Positions 25,920 through 35,942 are shown, counted from the first letter of the stretch. The stretch is DNA of 36,256 nt from Candidatus Heimdallarchaeota archaeon (GCA_016840095.1 JAEOSZ010000073.1:1-36256), one strand, 5' to 3'. Program-made: numbers and translations. The notes: generated from the sequence alone by a model not told the origin.

Positions 25920-27412
25920 GCAAATATAGCAATCAAAACGAAGGAATATACAATTGCTAAGAGAGCATGGATGATTGTTAAACCTAGTGTTTTCTTAACA
26001 TATTGCATAAAAGTAATATCATCTCCTTCTCTATTTAGAACCTTAATAGCAATCAAAATCGTAATTGAACCAATTGGAGAGAGAGAACCACCCATATTCC
26101 CTGCAAAGACAAAAGCAAACCATAATCCTAGATTTTGCATACCTATATTACTCACTATTTTTCCGAAGATCTGAGAGAACAAAATAGCTGCAGAAGAAGC
26201 ATCAAGAAATCCTGCAACTGGTAATCCGATTAGTCCTACAATTAATGCAACTAATATTAATGTTCCAGTCGTAGCTCCAACTCCAATCATATCACTCAAT
26301 GTAGTATTGATTGGTTGAAGAGACCCAACTCCAATGAAAATACCCATCAGTACAAAAAGACCTGCATAATATACTATCATCTCCCATTCTATTCCTTCTT
26401 TGATAAATTCGACCAAATTGTCATTGAATAGTACCAAAGCTAACATTGCTACAAACAAAGCTATGAAACCCATTCCAATGCCAATTAAATCTGAAAGAAT
26501 AAACCCTGTAAAAAGAATAACAATTAATGCAACTGACTTGTAAACATCAGTTTTTTTCTTTACACTTGTCCAGATATTGATACGTTTGATTTGCTCGATT
26601 TTTTCTTCTGGAATAGAGATGAAAAGCTCTTTTCTATACAAGAGGAAGAAATACACAACTGCAACTGCAAAGAAGATCAGAGCAGCTGGAAACATGATTA
26701 AGGTAAATTTTAGAAAATTGATATTAGCTACAGCTTCGTACGAAGGATTTGATTCAAGTAAATTGAGAAAAGATTTGTAAAAAATTAAGTTAGGTAAAGA
26801 TGAAACGGGAGTAGGAAGACCGCCTATTATCGTGTTCGTTCCAACAAACAAAACATATGGTTGAGGTCTCAAATCTAATTCTTTACACACTATTACTGTT
26901 AAAGATCCAAGGATGATAATTGCACTCAGATTATCAAAAAACATACTTAATAGGAAACTGAATCCTCCTAAAGATATCATAAGTTTTTTTGGATCACCCT
27001 TAGTTCTTTTGACAATCGCTAGTGAAATAAGATCAAAAAATCCAGACTTCTTTGTAACTGAAACAATTACACTTACTGAGAAGATAATTAAGATTACATC
27101 TACATCAATCATCTGAGCTAATGCTTCTAAAAAGTTGTTTGGAATTTCTTCTCTAATAGAATTCGCTTCCAATAATAGATCCCAATCTGTCATAAATTTA
27201 AAAATGAATCCAGCAACTACAGCTCCAATAACTGTTATTTTTGGAGTATCTATCTTTTCAACCATAAGACCAATAATACTAAGTACAACTACAATAATTA
27301 TTAAAATAATTCCAGCCCACTGTAGTGTACTACTAACCAAATAACCACCTGAACAGAGATATGAAAGACTCAATATTGGAACAATAATGAATGATCTTCT
27401 GTTTAAACTCAC
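25916..27412 (-). CDS. Ion-transporter superfamily permease (ArsB/NhaD/P-protein, SLC13-like)
   Basis: SGFFD; SMFFDNLSAII; GGLPTPVSSLPNLI; IEWEMIVYYAGLFVL; GNMGGSLSPIGS. Confidence 0.85.
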   Translation of the reverse strand: MSLNRRSFIIVPILSLSYLCSGGYLVSSTLQWAGIILIIIVVVLSIIGLMVEKIDTPKITVIGAVVAGFIFKFMTDWDLLLEANSIREEIPNNFLEALAQMIDVDVILIIFSVSVIVSVTKKSGFFDLISLAIVKRTKGDPKKLMISLGGFSFLLSMFFDNLSAIIILGSLTVIVCKELDLRPQPYVLFVGTNTIIGGLPTPVSSLPNLIFYKSFLNLLESNPSYEAVANINFLKFTLIMFPAALIFFAVAVVYFFLLYRKELFISIPEEKIEQIKRINIWTSVKKKTDVYKSVALIVILFTGFILSDLIGIGMGFIALFVAMLALVLFNDNLVEFIKEGIEWEMIVYYAGLFVLMGIFIGVGSLQPINTTLSDMIGVGATTGTLILVALIVGLIGLPVAGFLDASSAAILFSQIFGKIVSNIGMQNLGLWFAFVFAGNMGGSLSPIGSITILIAIKVLNREGDDITFMQYVKKTLGLTIIHALLAIVYSFVLIAIFA

Positions 27413-27550
27413 TCAACCATTTTAAGAACTTTTCTTACAATTATTTAGGCAACTGAACGATTATTAAAATAATTAAATAATTATAAGAAAGAAAAAATAA
27501 TAATATGTATAATTATCCAAAGAAATAAATAGGATGGCTCTTCTCGGAAC

Positions 27551-29011
27551 ATGAAAATGACTGACTTGGGGTTAATCATATTAGAACTAGGTTCTATTTT
27601 GGTTTTCGGATTTTTGGGAGCACACTTGTTCAAGAAAATTCGTATTCCTCAAGTTTTGGGTTTTATTATTTCTGGATTTATCATAGGTTTACCGAATAGG
27701 TATCTCAGAGAATTTGTATCGTATGATTTTATAGAAAAATTATCTCATCCTCTAGTCACCATTGCTCTAGGTATAATAGGATTCAACATAGGTGCAGAGT
27801 TATCTTGGAAGGAGTTAAAGAAAATAGATAAAAGGATTCTATTTGTTTTGTTTGCTGATAGCATAGGAACTTTCCTTGTTGTATCTCTACTAGTAGGATT
27901 GTTAACTCCATTAGGTTGGAATTTTGCATTCATCTTAGGAGCACTTGGAAGTGCTACAGCTCCTGCAGCTACGGCAGACATATTATGGGAGTACAAATCA
28001 TCAGGACCTTTAACGCAAGCAGTCCTATTCATTCTAGCAGTCGATGATATTGTTGCAATTTTACTTGTTCAAATAACAACCAATGTAACATTGGGTTCTG
28101 TTCCTGGAAACGATTTCAGTGCTCTTCATACTTTTACTGAATTTGCATATGAAGTTGGAGTTGCTATGGCAATAGGAATAGCTGCTGGAGTTATAGTAAC
28201 TTATATTGTCAATCAAGTCAAAGATCATGGTGAGATGCTAGAATTTGTTATTGGCATTTTAGTTGTTATCATAGGTATTGCTCTTTTCTTGGAGATTTCA
28301 GCTATTCTAGGAACAATGTTATTTGGAGCAGTCTTGGCATCTTTTGGAAAGAAAAGCACGGCAGGTGTATTTCACGATATTTTCAAAATAGGAGGACCAA
28401 TTATTGCTATCTTTTTTATTATGGTTGGATTCAATATGGATCCTGCGAGTTTGTTAAGTATAGGTGTTATTGGAACAGTATATCTAGTTGGTCGAACAAT
28501 TGGTAAAGTTGGTTTTGTAAGTGCGACAGCAAGAGCTGTAAAATGCAAACCAGCTATAAGTAAATATCTTGGTTTATGCCTGTTTAGTCAAGCTGGAGTT
28601 GCATTAGGTTTAGCTGTAGAAATTGATTATGTTTTCCAAGATATCCACTGGATCCCACCTGGTCAAACATTAAGTCTTGCAGCTCAAGCTAATTTAATCC
28701 TTACAACAATAACAGGAACTATCATAATTGTCCAGATAATCGGACCACTTCTAGTGAGATGGGCAATACATAGATGTGGAGAAGCTGCATGTAAGGAGGA
28801 TCAAATTGATATTGCTCATGCAACAGGTAGAGACGAACTTGCAGAGAAGCTTGAAGCAGAAACTAAAGAACTTCCTTATGAAGCTGCTGTAGATAAACCT
28901 TCATCAGAAGAATCAAGTGAAAAATTAGTTAGTTTCAGTAGGGTTGGCAAAGTGTTTCGGCAGATGAAACATAGCTTCGGGAAGAATAATAATGAAAAAA
29001 AGAAGAAGTAG
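27551..29011 (+). CDS. Cation:proton antiporter, CPA2 (NapA/NhaA fold)
   Basis: IPQVLGFIISG; IGAEL; SATAPAAT; AVDD; GRTIGK; QAGVALGL. Confidence 0.9.
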   Translation: MKMTDLGLIILELGSILVFGFLGAHLFKKIRIPQVLGFIISGFIIGLPNRYLREFVSYDFIEKLSHPLVTIALGIIGFNIGAELSWKELKKIDKRILFVLFADSIGTFLVVSLLVGLLTPLGWNFAFILGALGSATAPAATADILWEYKSSGPLTQAVLFILAVDDIVAILLVQITTNVTLGSVPGNDFSALHTFTEFAYEVGVAMAIGIAAGVIVTYIVNQVKDHGEMLEFVIGILVVIIGIALFLEISAILGTMLFGAVLASFGKKSTAGVFHDIFKIGGPIIAIFFIMVGFNMDPASLLSIGVIGTVYLVGRTIGKVGFVSATARAVKCKPAISKYLGLCLFSQAGVALGLAVEIDYVFQDIHWIPPGQTLSLAAQANLILTTITGTIIIVQIIGPLLVRWAIHRCGEAACKEDQIDIAHATGRDELAEKLEAETKELPYEAAVDKPSSEESSEKLVSFSRVGKVFRQMKHSFGKNNNEKKKK

Positions 29012-29062
29012 TAACTTTTAACACTACAAAACTATTTTATATTTCACTTATTTATCTCAAAC

Positions 29063-29548
29063 ATGGAAGAAATGATGGAAGATGTCTTCTCCAAAGTTAA
29101 GGAAATGAAAGCAAAAGATTTCCCACTTCGAGAAGTATCCAAAGTTAATGAAGATGTAGGTTGTAGTGATCTACTAGATTTATTGTTAGAAGAGGGTAAA
29201 CCTGTTGCAATGGTATACAATGATAAAGATGAATTTCAAGGTCTTATATCTGTTCGAAATCTTCTATCTTTGCTGAAACCTAGAAAAACTGATATTACTG
29301 ATGTGTTTGCTCAAACTCATGTTCTTTCTTGTATTACTGCTTTCGATTTGGTAAATAGTGGTGTTCCTATAGTTAATGATGAAGATGATATTGAAAGAGT
29401 AGCTGGATTAATGGATAAATATAACACTACTTATCTCCCCAGAAGAATCGATAGAAAACATGAAATCAAAGGAATGATTTTTCTCAGAGATATTATAGAG
29501 TTACTCAGAGAAAACTGGTTTGGAGCATGTATAGATATGGATGATTAA
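29063..29548 (+). CDS. CBS-domain pair protein
   Basis: Two CBS repeats (VNEDV...FQGLISVRNLL; VNDEDDIERVAGLM...KGMIFLRDII). Confidence 0.82.
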   Translation: MEEMMEDVFSKVKEMKAKDFPLREVSKVNEDVGCSDLLDLLLEEGKPVAMVYNDKDEFQGLISVRNLLSLLKPRKTDITDVFAQTHVLSCITAFDLVNSGVPIVNDEDDIERVAGLMDKYNTTYLPRRIDRKHEIKGMIFLRDIIELLRENWFGACIDMDD

Positions 29549-29562
29549 TATAGGTGCAGAAC

Positions 29563-31017
29563 ATGACTTTCGATTTCACTATATTTCTTTATATCGGCAT
29601 TGCACTAATTTCAGCAAGACTCCTTGGGGAATTGTTCGAGAGAATAAAACTCTCTTCTATTCTTGGAGAATTGTTTGCAGGTTTTCTCTTTGGTGGGCCT
29701 ATTTTTGAGCTAGCAGGTTTCCATGGATTCAACCTAGATTCAACTCATACATTTAGCTTTGAGATGATGAAAGAAAGCATTGAACCTCTAGCACAGATTG
29801 GAATATTATTTCTATTATTTATTGTTGGTTCGGAGATTAAGACAAGTGAGCTTAGAAAAGCAGGAAAAAGAAATCTTTTCATTTCTTTAATTGACGTTAC
29901 TATAACCTATGGTTTAGGATTATTGATAAGTTTTTCATTATTTAATTTCACTGCCAGAAATGTTGGATTCGGAACCAAGGAGATAATTGGAATGTCAGCT
30001 TTCTTTGCATTAATTTTCGTACCAACTAGTATTGGTACTACAGTTAGAACGTTAGGAAACATGAAAAAACTAAATTCGAAAGAAGGCCAAACATTATTGA
30101 GTTTAGCGGTTTTTGATGACTTTCTTGGGTTACTACTCTTGCTTGTTGTTTCTGGTATTCTCTTCTCAAGCAACTCTGATTCAGGTCTAAGTCCAGCAGT
30201 TAGCATTATACTACAAGTCACTTTTATTATAGTTCTAATAGTTGTTATTCTATATTTGCTTCCTAAAATGTTAGAATTTTTCGAAAAGAGATTCAGCACT
30301 TTTTCTTTAGCATCAACAAGCTATTTCTCTGTGGGGATAATTCTTGCGATTCTACTAGTTACAGGTTTCTTTGCTGAATTTCTAGGAGTCTCAGCTGCTA
30401 TAGGAGCTTTTCTACTTGGTGTTGGAATGCAAAGGAACAGGTTTCTGATGAGTGTTCCTCTGGAAACATTTACGAAGATTGGTGAAGGTGCATTCATTCC
30501 ATTGTTCTTCTTCTCAGTGGGAAGTTCATTCATTCTGGAAGAATTCAATCCTCTTCTGATTATACTGATTCCACTGATAATAATCTCTAAAGTCACTGGT
30601 TCTTTCACAGGTGCAATGTTTTCAACCAATCCATTGCAAAGATTCATCATTAAGACAAGACAACGATTTGGTAAGAATACTGAAACTGAATCTGATCCAT
30701 CTACATTAGTAGAAGATAAGAAAGAAAAACGTGTTAGAAGCTGGTGGGACAGAAGGAAACCTGATGTTTTGTCTTCTGGAAGAATAGCTTTAGGGATGAT
30801 GCCTAAAGGAGAGATTACACTAGTAATAGCTGCAATTGGCTTATCTGCAGGATTGACAATGTTTACAGACTCTCAACAATTGATGTTCTTTAATGAACTA
30901 TATTCTGTTGTAATTTTACTAGTGTTAATTACAGTATTCTTGACACCTTTACTGTTAAGATTAGCATTCAGGTCGTCTAAGAAACAGCCACTTCAAATTG
31001 ACATAACTGAAGAGTGA
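29563..31017 (+). CDS. Cation:proton antiporter, CPA2 (NapA-like)
   Basis: ILGELFAG; LFIVGSE; PTSIGTT; AVFDD; IGAFLLG; FIPLFFFSVG; GMMPKGEI. Start placed at ATG 29563 because AGGTG (29552-29556) overlaps the GTG at 29554. Confidence 0.9.
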   Translation: MTFDFTIFLYIGIALISARLLGELFERIKLSSILGELFAGFLFGGPIFELAGFHGFNLDSTHTFSFEMMKESIEPLAQIGILFLLFIVGSEIKTSELRKAGKRNLFISLIDVTITYGLGLLISFSLFNFTARNVGFGTKEIIGMSAFFALIFVPTSIGTTVRTLGNMKKLNSKEGQTLLSLAVFDDFLGLLLLLVVSGILFSSNSDSGLSPAVSIILQVTFIIVLIVVILYLLPKMLEFFEKRFSTFSLASTSYFSVGIILAILLVTGFFAEFLGVSAAIGAFLLGVGMQRNRFLMSVPLETFTKIGEGAFIPLFFFSVGSSFILEEFNPLLIILIPLIIISKVTGSFTGAMFSTNPLQRFIIKTRQRFGKNTETESDPSTLVEDKKEKRVRSWWDRRKPDVLSSGRIALGMMPKGEITLVIAAIGLSAGLTMFTDSQQLMFFNELYSVVILLVLITVFLTPLLLRLAFRSSKKQPLQIDITEE

Positions 31018-31027
31018 GAATCCTCAT

Positions 31028-31040
31028 TCCTCTTCTTTTT
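31028..31040 (+). terminator. Oligo-pyrimidine terminator
   Basis: TTCCTCTTCTTTTT after the stop codon; can also pair with GAAGAG-TGAG at the gene end. Confidence 0.5.
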
Positions 31041-31054
31041 GAAGAATTAGAAAA

Positions 31055-31480
31055 TCAAAAATCTTCTTCTTCTCTTTTTAATAAATATCTATCAGAATAA
31101 TGTTTAATCATTTCTTTGGCTGAATTATAATCTAAGTTAAGTTTGTCTCCCCAAATAGATTTTGCTCTATCTAATTTCTTCATAAGCATTCCAAGTTTTA
31201 GTCCTGTCAAAGTATTTCGAGTATACAATTCATTTCCTTCAAAATGAACTACTCCAAATTCTTGTCTTAGTTTTCCGTGAACTTGACTAATTTGAAAAAA
31301 CTCTTTGTTTACCTCATCTAATTCTTCTTCAAGGTCCTTCTTCTTTATCAGTTCATCGCAGTCAACTTTCATCAAATATGGGTAGTAATAGATAAGTTGG
31401 TCAACTAGGTCAGATAAATCAGGAATCGAATCAGCTATTGAATCAGGTATCCAGACGTTGAATTTTCTTTTTTCGCTCAT
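31055..31480 (-). CDS. Hypothetical protein, RHH-like N-terminus plus coiled coil
   Basis: MSEKRKFNVWIPDSIAD...LSDLVDQLI, then heptads. AGGTGA SD upstream of ATG 31480. Confidence 0.65.
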   Translation of the reverse strand: MSEKRKFNVWIPDSIADSIPDLSDLVDQLIYYYPYLMKVDCDELIKKKDLEEELDEVNKEFFQISQVHGKLRQEFGVVHFEGNELYTRNTLTGLKLGMLMKKLDRAKSIWGDKLNLDYNSAKEMIKHYSDRYLLKREEEDF

Positions 31481-31489
31481 TTTCTTCAC

Positions 31490-31840
31490 CTATACCTTAT
31501 TCAAAGAATCTAAAGCTCTACTTAATTCAACGATGGCTAAATAATCCTCTTCATATTCTCCAAGATGTTTCTTTTCTCTATTGATTTTCTTCTTTGTTTC
31601 AATAATATCATCAGATTTTTGGTTAATTTTATCTTCAAGCATCTTCAAATGAAGAAAAGAAAGTAATTTTTCCCAAAGATCTGTTTCATTATATTCTGAA
31701 AAACTATCAAGAAATTCCTCAATCTGATTTACAATTTTATCAGGATTTGAATCATTCTTCTGAGCAGTTTTGAATAATTTTTGCTTCTGCTTGTAGCTAA
31801 GCTCATATTTTACATATTTTTTCTTCTTTGAAAAGCTCAT
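31490..31840 (-). CDS. Hypothetical protein, RHH-like N-terminus plus coiled coil
   Basis: KKYVKYELSYKQKQKLFKTAQKNDSNPDKIVNQIEEFL, then heptads. Confidence 0.65.
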   Translation of the reverse strand: MSFSKKKKYVKYELSYKQKQKLFKTAQKNDSNPDKIVNQIEEFLDSFSEYNETDLWEKLLSFLHLKMLEDKINQKSDDIIETKKKINREKKHLGEYEEDYLAIVELSRALDSLNKV

Positions 31841-31852
31841 GTTATCACACTT

Positions 31853-32359
31853 TTACTTCTCTAATTTTCTTTTTATCACGTAAGTGTCAACTGCAGTTAA
31901 AGACATTACTTCTAAAGTTTTTGCTAATGTAATATTATCATTGAAATCTGGATCTAATCCAGCAACTCCACTAGCATTAACAACTTCAAAAACTGCTAAA
32001 TACTCCTCGCTCTCAATATCAAGAATTTGAAGTAATTTGACCTCAAATGAAACAACAGAATGGATGTAGAGAGGTGATTCGATTCTTCCACCTTTCTTAA
32101 GATTCTGGCTATCAAGAGATTGTTCAGTTAGTGCTGCAAGAATCTTGTTATCTTCTCCTTTTCTAAGAACATTGAGAGTTAATTCAGAAGGAATTTCTTT
32201 GTTTGAAAAAGCAATGATTATTCTGTTCTTAGTAATAGGAAAATACTTTGTTAGAACATGGAGTCTGTGTTCTTCGATGGTTCCACTAATACCAAGCAAA
32301 GGGGTAATAGAGACCATCAAATTGCACAAATTTGCAGGTAGTTGAAGCTGATCAAACAT
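31853..32359 (-). CDS. Divergent flavin-reductase-like (split-barrel) protein
   Basis: LTLNVL; GGRIESPLYIHSVVSFEVKLLQI...LAVFEVVNA resembles the family C-terminus but lacks GDH. Confidence 0.55.
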   Translation of the reverse strand: MFDQLQLPANLCNLMVSITPLLGISGTIEEHRLHVLTKYFPITKNRIIIAFSNKEIPSELTLNVLRKGEDNKILAALTEQSLDSQNLKKGGRIESPLYIHSVVSFEVKLLQILDIESEEYLAVFEVVNASGVAGLDPDFNDNITLAKTLEVMSLTAVDTYVIKRKLEK

Positions 32360-32431
32360 ACTTCAATGTGAAATCTTTCCTTTAAGAAGTTTATTCCATC
32401 GTAGAATGATTTCCGTCTACGAATAAGTTAT

Positions 32432-32887
32432 ATGTCTGAACTACTTCTTGTACTTATGGAGAAGATTTCTTTTAAGCAATTCATGCAAAAAAGTGGTCAA
32501 ATGCTAGATAAATATCGTTCTAACATAGCTCGTCTTTCAAAGTCTAGATATCAGCTCGAACAACAATTCATTAGTCCAGAGGAAATGGTTGAACACTTCT
32601 ATTCAAACAAAAGCGAATATTATCCCTGGCAGGAGATGCAAGACACAATAACACAACTAGAAGAAGCTTATAATGAATTAGTTGGTAATTTAATGGACGC
32701 AATGGCTCAGCCAGAAGCTTTTGAGTATTTCCTCAAAGATCAACGAATCCCTGTTTTAATAATGCCTGATACAGAAGAAAATGAAGACACAGGAGAAGAG
32801 CTTCTAGATGAAGGAATGATAGATGAACTTGCTGAAACAATAGCTGGAGACATAATAGATGAAATAGAAAAGCAAGACAAAAGCTAG
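32432..32887 (+). CDS. Hypothetical helical protein with acidic C-terminus
   Basis: 151-aa ORF; start may be the second Met. Confidence 0.7.
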   Translation: MSELLLVLMEKISFKQFMQKSGQMLDKYRSNIARLSKSRYQLEQQFISPEEMVEHFYSNKSEYYPWQEMQDTITQLEEAYNELVGNLMDAMAQPEAFEYFLKDQRIPVLIMPDTEENEDTGEELLDEGMIDELAETIAGDIIDEIEKQDKS

Positions 32888-32888
32888 T

Positions 32889-33431
32889 TTATCTCTTTAA
32901 TCTCTTAAGTAAATCAGTTAGTATAAGATGAGTTAATCCCCAGATTTTATATTTTCCAACATTATAGTACATATATTCTTGGTTGTAAAAGATTCCAGAT
33001 AAATGATTTTCTGGTTGTAAAAGATGGTTAATCTCTGCAAAGAAGGTTTCTTGTACCTCAGCAGGATTGAGTTTGAGTTCTACATCATTTTCTACAAAAG
33101 CTACTAGTGGATAAACATAGTGCATACTCGTAGCAAATAATGGATGAAGACTACCCAGTACATATATAGACTTGCGATCAATACCTACTTCCTCATGAGT
33201 TTCTCTAAGAGCTGTTTCAACTAAATTTCCATCAGATTCATCATATCTACCACCTGGAAAAGCAATTTGTCCTTGATGGTGAGAAAGATTTTCAGTTCGT
33301 TTTGTGAAGAGAATCTTTTCTTCATCAATGAAAATAGGTACTAGGACAGCTGCTAATTTAAAGTTCATTGGAGCTTCAATAGTGTAATCTATTGGCTCTA
33401 ACAACTTCCCTAAATTAGCAGTTAAATTCAT
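32889..33431 (-). CDS. Nudix hydrolase, CoA pyrophosphatase type (NudL/NUDT7/8-like)
   Basis: AAVLVP; LFTKRTENLSHHQGQIAFPGG; Nudix box TALRETHEEVG; NPAEV; IWGLT. Confidence 0.95.
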   Translation of the reverse strand: MNLTANLGKLLEPIDYTIEAPMNFKLAAVLVPIFIDEEKILFTKRTENLSHHQGQIAFPGGRYDESDGNLVETALRETHEEVGIDRKSIYVLGSLHPLFATSMHYVYPLVAFVENDVELKLNPAEVQETFFAEINHLLQPENHLSGIFYNQEYMYYNVGKYKIWGLTHLILTDLLKRLKR

Positions 33432-33484
33432 GATAAAACCTTAAACATTGAAACATATTTTAAAGCATCGAAACAACAGAATTC

Positions 33485-34051
33485 CTATTCTTCTTTCTTA
33501 TCATAATTTCTCGAGAAAGTTCTTTTAATCCATGTCATGATGTCGCTTTCTTTGGTTGATTGAGGTTCTGCATCTTCAGTAGGATTTTTCTTTCTACGCT
33601 TCTTCATTTTCTCAGAAAGATCATTAACAGCTACTAAATCTCCATCCTTAAATTCAATTTCAAGTACTGTGCGGAAAGCTGATGACCTTTGAAAACCCAT
33701 ATGAACATACATTTCTTGTATAAAGTCCTTAGCAATTTTTATTTTACCTGTATAATCCAATTTTAGATTAATATCTTGATAATGAAAATTAAAACTGTCT
33801 TCAGTTTTTTTAGGTTTTACACCATTGATTTCAAGACCTTCTTCAGCATTAAGTTGCATATCCTGAAGTAATAATTTATTGTTATCTAACCTATAATATA
33901 ATACAAAACCTCTCCAACATGCTGTATGAGGTGCTTTTGGTTCGATATTATAATCTAGTGGAGTAAAAGGTTCACCCTCAGTATATCCAATAAGTGAATA
34001 CACATCTCCATCATATAGAAAGGAATCAGCTATCTGTCCTGTCATTTTCAA
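33485..34051 (-). CDS. Conserved-looking hypothetical protein
   Basis: MTGQIADSFLY, HTACWRGF and YVHMGFQ look like conserved motifs; function unknown. Confidence 0.75.
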   Translation of the reverse strand: MKMTGQIADSFLYDGDVYSLIGYTEGEPFTPLDYNIEPKAPHTACWRGFVLYYRLDNNKLLLQDMQLNAEEGLEINGVKPKKTEDSFNFHYQDINLKLDYTGKIKIAKDFIQEMYVHMGFQRSSAFRTVLEIEFKDGDLVAVNDLSEKMKKRRKKNPTEDAEPQSTKESDIMTWIKRTFSRNYDKKEE

Positions 34052-34171
34052 TTAAACATTACATTATCAATATAAAAATATAGTTAGACTGGGAGTATAT
34101 TAAACGTATGAAAATCAACGAATCTTTTTCTGAATTAGCATAAGTTTATAGAATAAATTTCTATAAGTACT

Positions 34172-34693
34172 TTGAGAAAGATGCTTGGGGAAGTTAAGAT
34201 TCGCAGATACGTAGGAACAGATTATGACTCATGTCATAAATTATGGATTGAACTTACCAAATATCATCAAGAAATCTATGAGGATGATACTATAGGAGGG
34301 GAGAATCTAGGTCAAGGGTTCATAGATCATGTGAATGAATTTGGAGATGAAAATATCTGGGTAGCTGAGGTTGACAAAGTAGTTGTGGGATTGATAGGAT
34401 TAATAATTAAAGGAAAAACAGCAGAAGTAGAACCTATAATTGTAAACTCATCTTATCGAGAAAAGGGGATTGGAAGTAGATTGCTCCAATTTATTATCGA
34501 ATATGCTTCAGACATGGAACTCAAATTCCTTTCCATTAGACCAGTTGCTAGAAACAAAACTGCTTTCAACATGTTTTACGAAAAAGGATTCAACATTGTT
34601 GGTCATGTTGAACTGTTTATGGATTTAAAGGATAAAGAAAATGAAAAATGGAAAAAAGGAATAAAAATTCATGATATTCCTTTGAGATATTGA
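34172..34693 (+). CDS. GNAT-family N-acetyltransferase
   Basis: IWVAE; IIVNSSYREKGIGSRLL (acetyl-CoA motif A); NKTAFNMFYEKGF. Confidence 0.92.
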   Translation: MRKMLGEVKIRRYVGTDYDSCHKLWIELTKYHQEIYEDDTIGGENLGQGFIDHVNEFGDENIWVAEVDKVVVGLIGLIIKGKTAEVEPIIVNSSYREKGIGSRLLQFIIEYASDMELKFLSIRPVARNKTAFNMFYEKGFNIVGHVELFMDLKDKENEKWKKGIKIHDIPLRY

Positions 34694-34697
34694 CAGA

Positions 34698-35942
34698 TTA
34701 AAAATTAAAGGCGTATACTGGCGGAATAGTTAGAGGATATAAATCCAAGTTATATGGAAAAATGTCCTTGATTTCTTCCCAGTTATCAAAATAATTGCCT
34801 TCAAGAGTAATAGAATCATACATTAGAAAATTCAAGTCATCCAGGAAAGAGAAAGAATCAATATGAAAAGCATTATTTATGAAAGTATTATGGTGGACAG
34901 AATTAACATAATTTGTCCCAGTTTTGTTGTATAAATGGAGAATTAATCCATAGTAATTTTCTTTGATTTGACAGTAAGTAACATTTAACCCAGAAACAAA
35001 ACTAGCATATATTCCTATTCTTGTATTAGAAAAAGTGCAGTTGTGAATGCTAATTCTTTCTCCATCATCAATATCCAATCCTATTTCAAATATGTCCTCA
35101 AAAATACAGCTAGATACTGTAATATTATAACATTCATACATCTGAAGACCAAGTGTCGATTTTGAGAGGTTCAAATTTTCTAGAAGAATATTAGAACAAT
35201 TTATCAAGTAGATTTGTCCAAAAACATCTTCAGTTAAGGTGAGATTATCTATGTCTGTTAGGATTAAGAGTAATTTATCATTTACTAAGTTGTTATCTAA
35301 ACTAAAATTCTCACTATAGAAATACAATTCAATTTCGGATAAAGAAAAATAGAAAAATATGCCACAGTAGAAAAATGAATTATTATTAACATAAACATGA
35401 TAGTAACTGCCATAGAAATAAACACCAGAACCATCTGAAGTTATAGAGTTATTAAAAACTGAGATATCATGACACCAGTCTAGATTTATTCCAGTTTTAC
35501 ATCTTGATATCGTGTTATTTTGAACAGTTATATGATCAGATTGATATAAATAAATACCAGTTCCATATTCATCTCTTGCTTCTAATGAATTATTATGAAT
35601 TAAGACATTGCTATCTTCAACATTGGAAATTGAGATGCTAATGCTTGAAGTTGAGATCGAACAATTCCTAATGATGAAATTCTTCAGTGTATTTGAAATA
35701 TGAATACCAAATTTAAGCTTTGAAACTACTACTAGATTCTCAAAGATATAAGGATCATTAAAAGAGCCTGTCCCTATCACCAAATCTTCTCTAATATATT
35801 TATCCCAATCTTCATCATCATCAATTTGAATTAAAGATTTTTTGAAAATGTTCGGGACGAAATTGAGTATAGTTATAACCAAGGAAAGAACTAGCAGTGT
35901 GACTAAAGATATTGCAAGTAATTTTTTAATGGTCAGTTTCAA
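34698..35942 (-). CDS. Membrane-anchored right-handed parallel beta-helix (NosD-like) protein
   Basis: N-terminal TM/signal; GTGSFNDPYIFENL; NNTIS/GIYL repeats; GNYFDNW; DLYPL. Confidence 0.85.
   Translation of the reverse strand: MKLTIKKLLAISLVTLLVLSLVITILNFVPNIFKKSLIQIDDDEDWDKYIREDLVIGTGSFNDPYIFENLVVVSKLKFGIHISNTLKNFIIRNCSISTSSISISISNVEDSNVLIHNNSLEARDEYGTGIYLYQSDHITVQNNTISRCKTGINLDWCHDISVFNNSITSDGSGVYFYGSYYHVYVNNNSFFYCGIFFYFSLSEIELYFYSENFSLDNNLVNDKLLLILTDIDNLTLTEDVFGQIYLINCSNILLENLNLSKSTLGLQMYECYNITVSSCIFEDIFEIGLDIDDGERISIHNCTFSNTRIGIYASFVSGLNVTYCQIKENYYGLILHLYNKTGTNYVNSVHHNTFINNAFHIDSFSFLDDLNFLMYDSITLEGNYFDNWEEIKDIFPYNLDLYPLTIPPVYAFNF

Noticed and set aside
31055-31840. In-frame TAG between two ORFs (possible pyrrolysine or stop readthrough fusion)
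   Set aside because: The TAG overlaps a good AGGTGA SD positioned before ATG 31480, which explains the layout as translational coupling. No pyl genes are in view.
1385-32345. Many antisense or overlapping ORFs in the track (e.g. 1385..1801, 3357..3608, 4444..4782, 5300..5671, 6179..6652, 17827..18192, 24694..24879, 24977..25294, 29907..30299, 30321..30650)
   Set aside because: They are shadow frames of well-supported genes, with biased Ser/Ile/Thr/Pro composition and no recognisable motifs.
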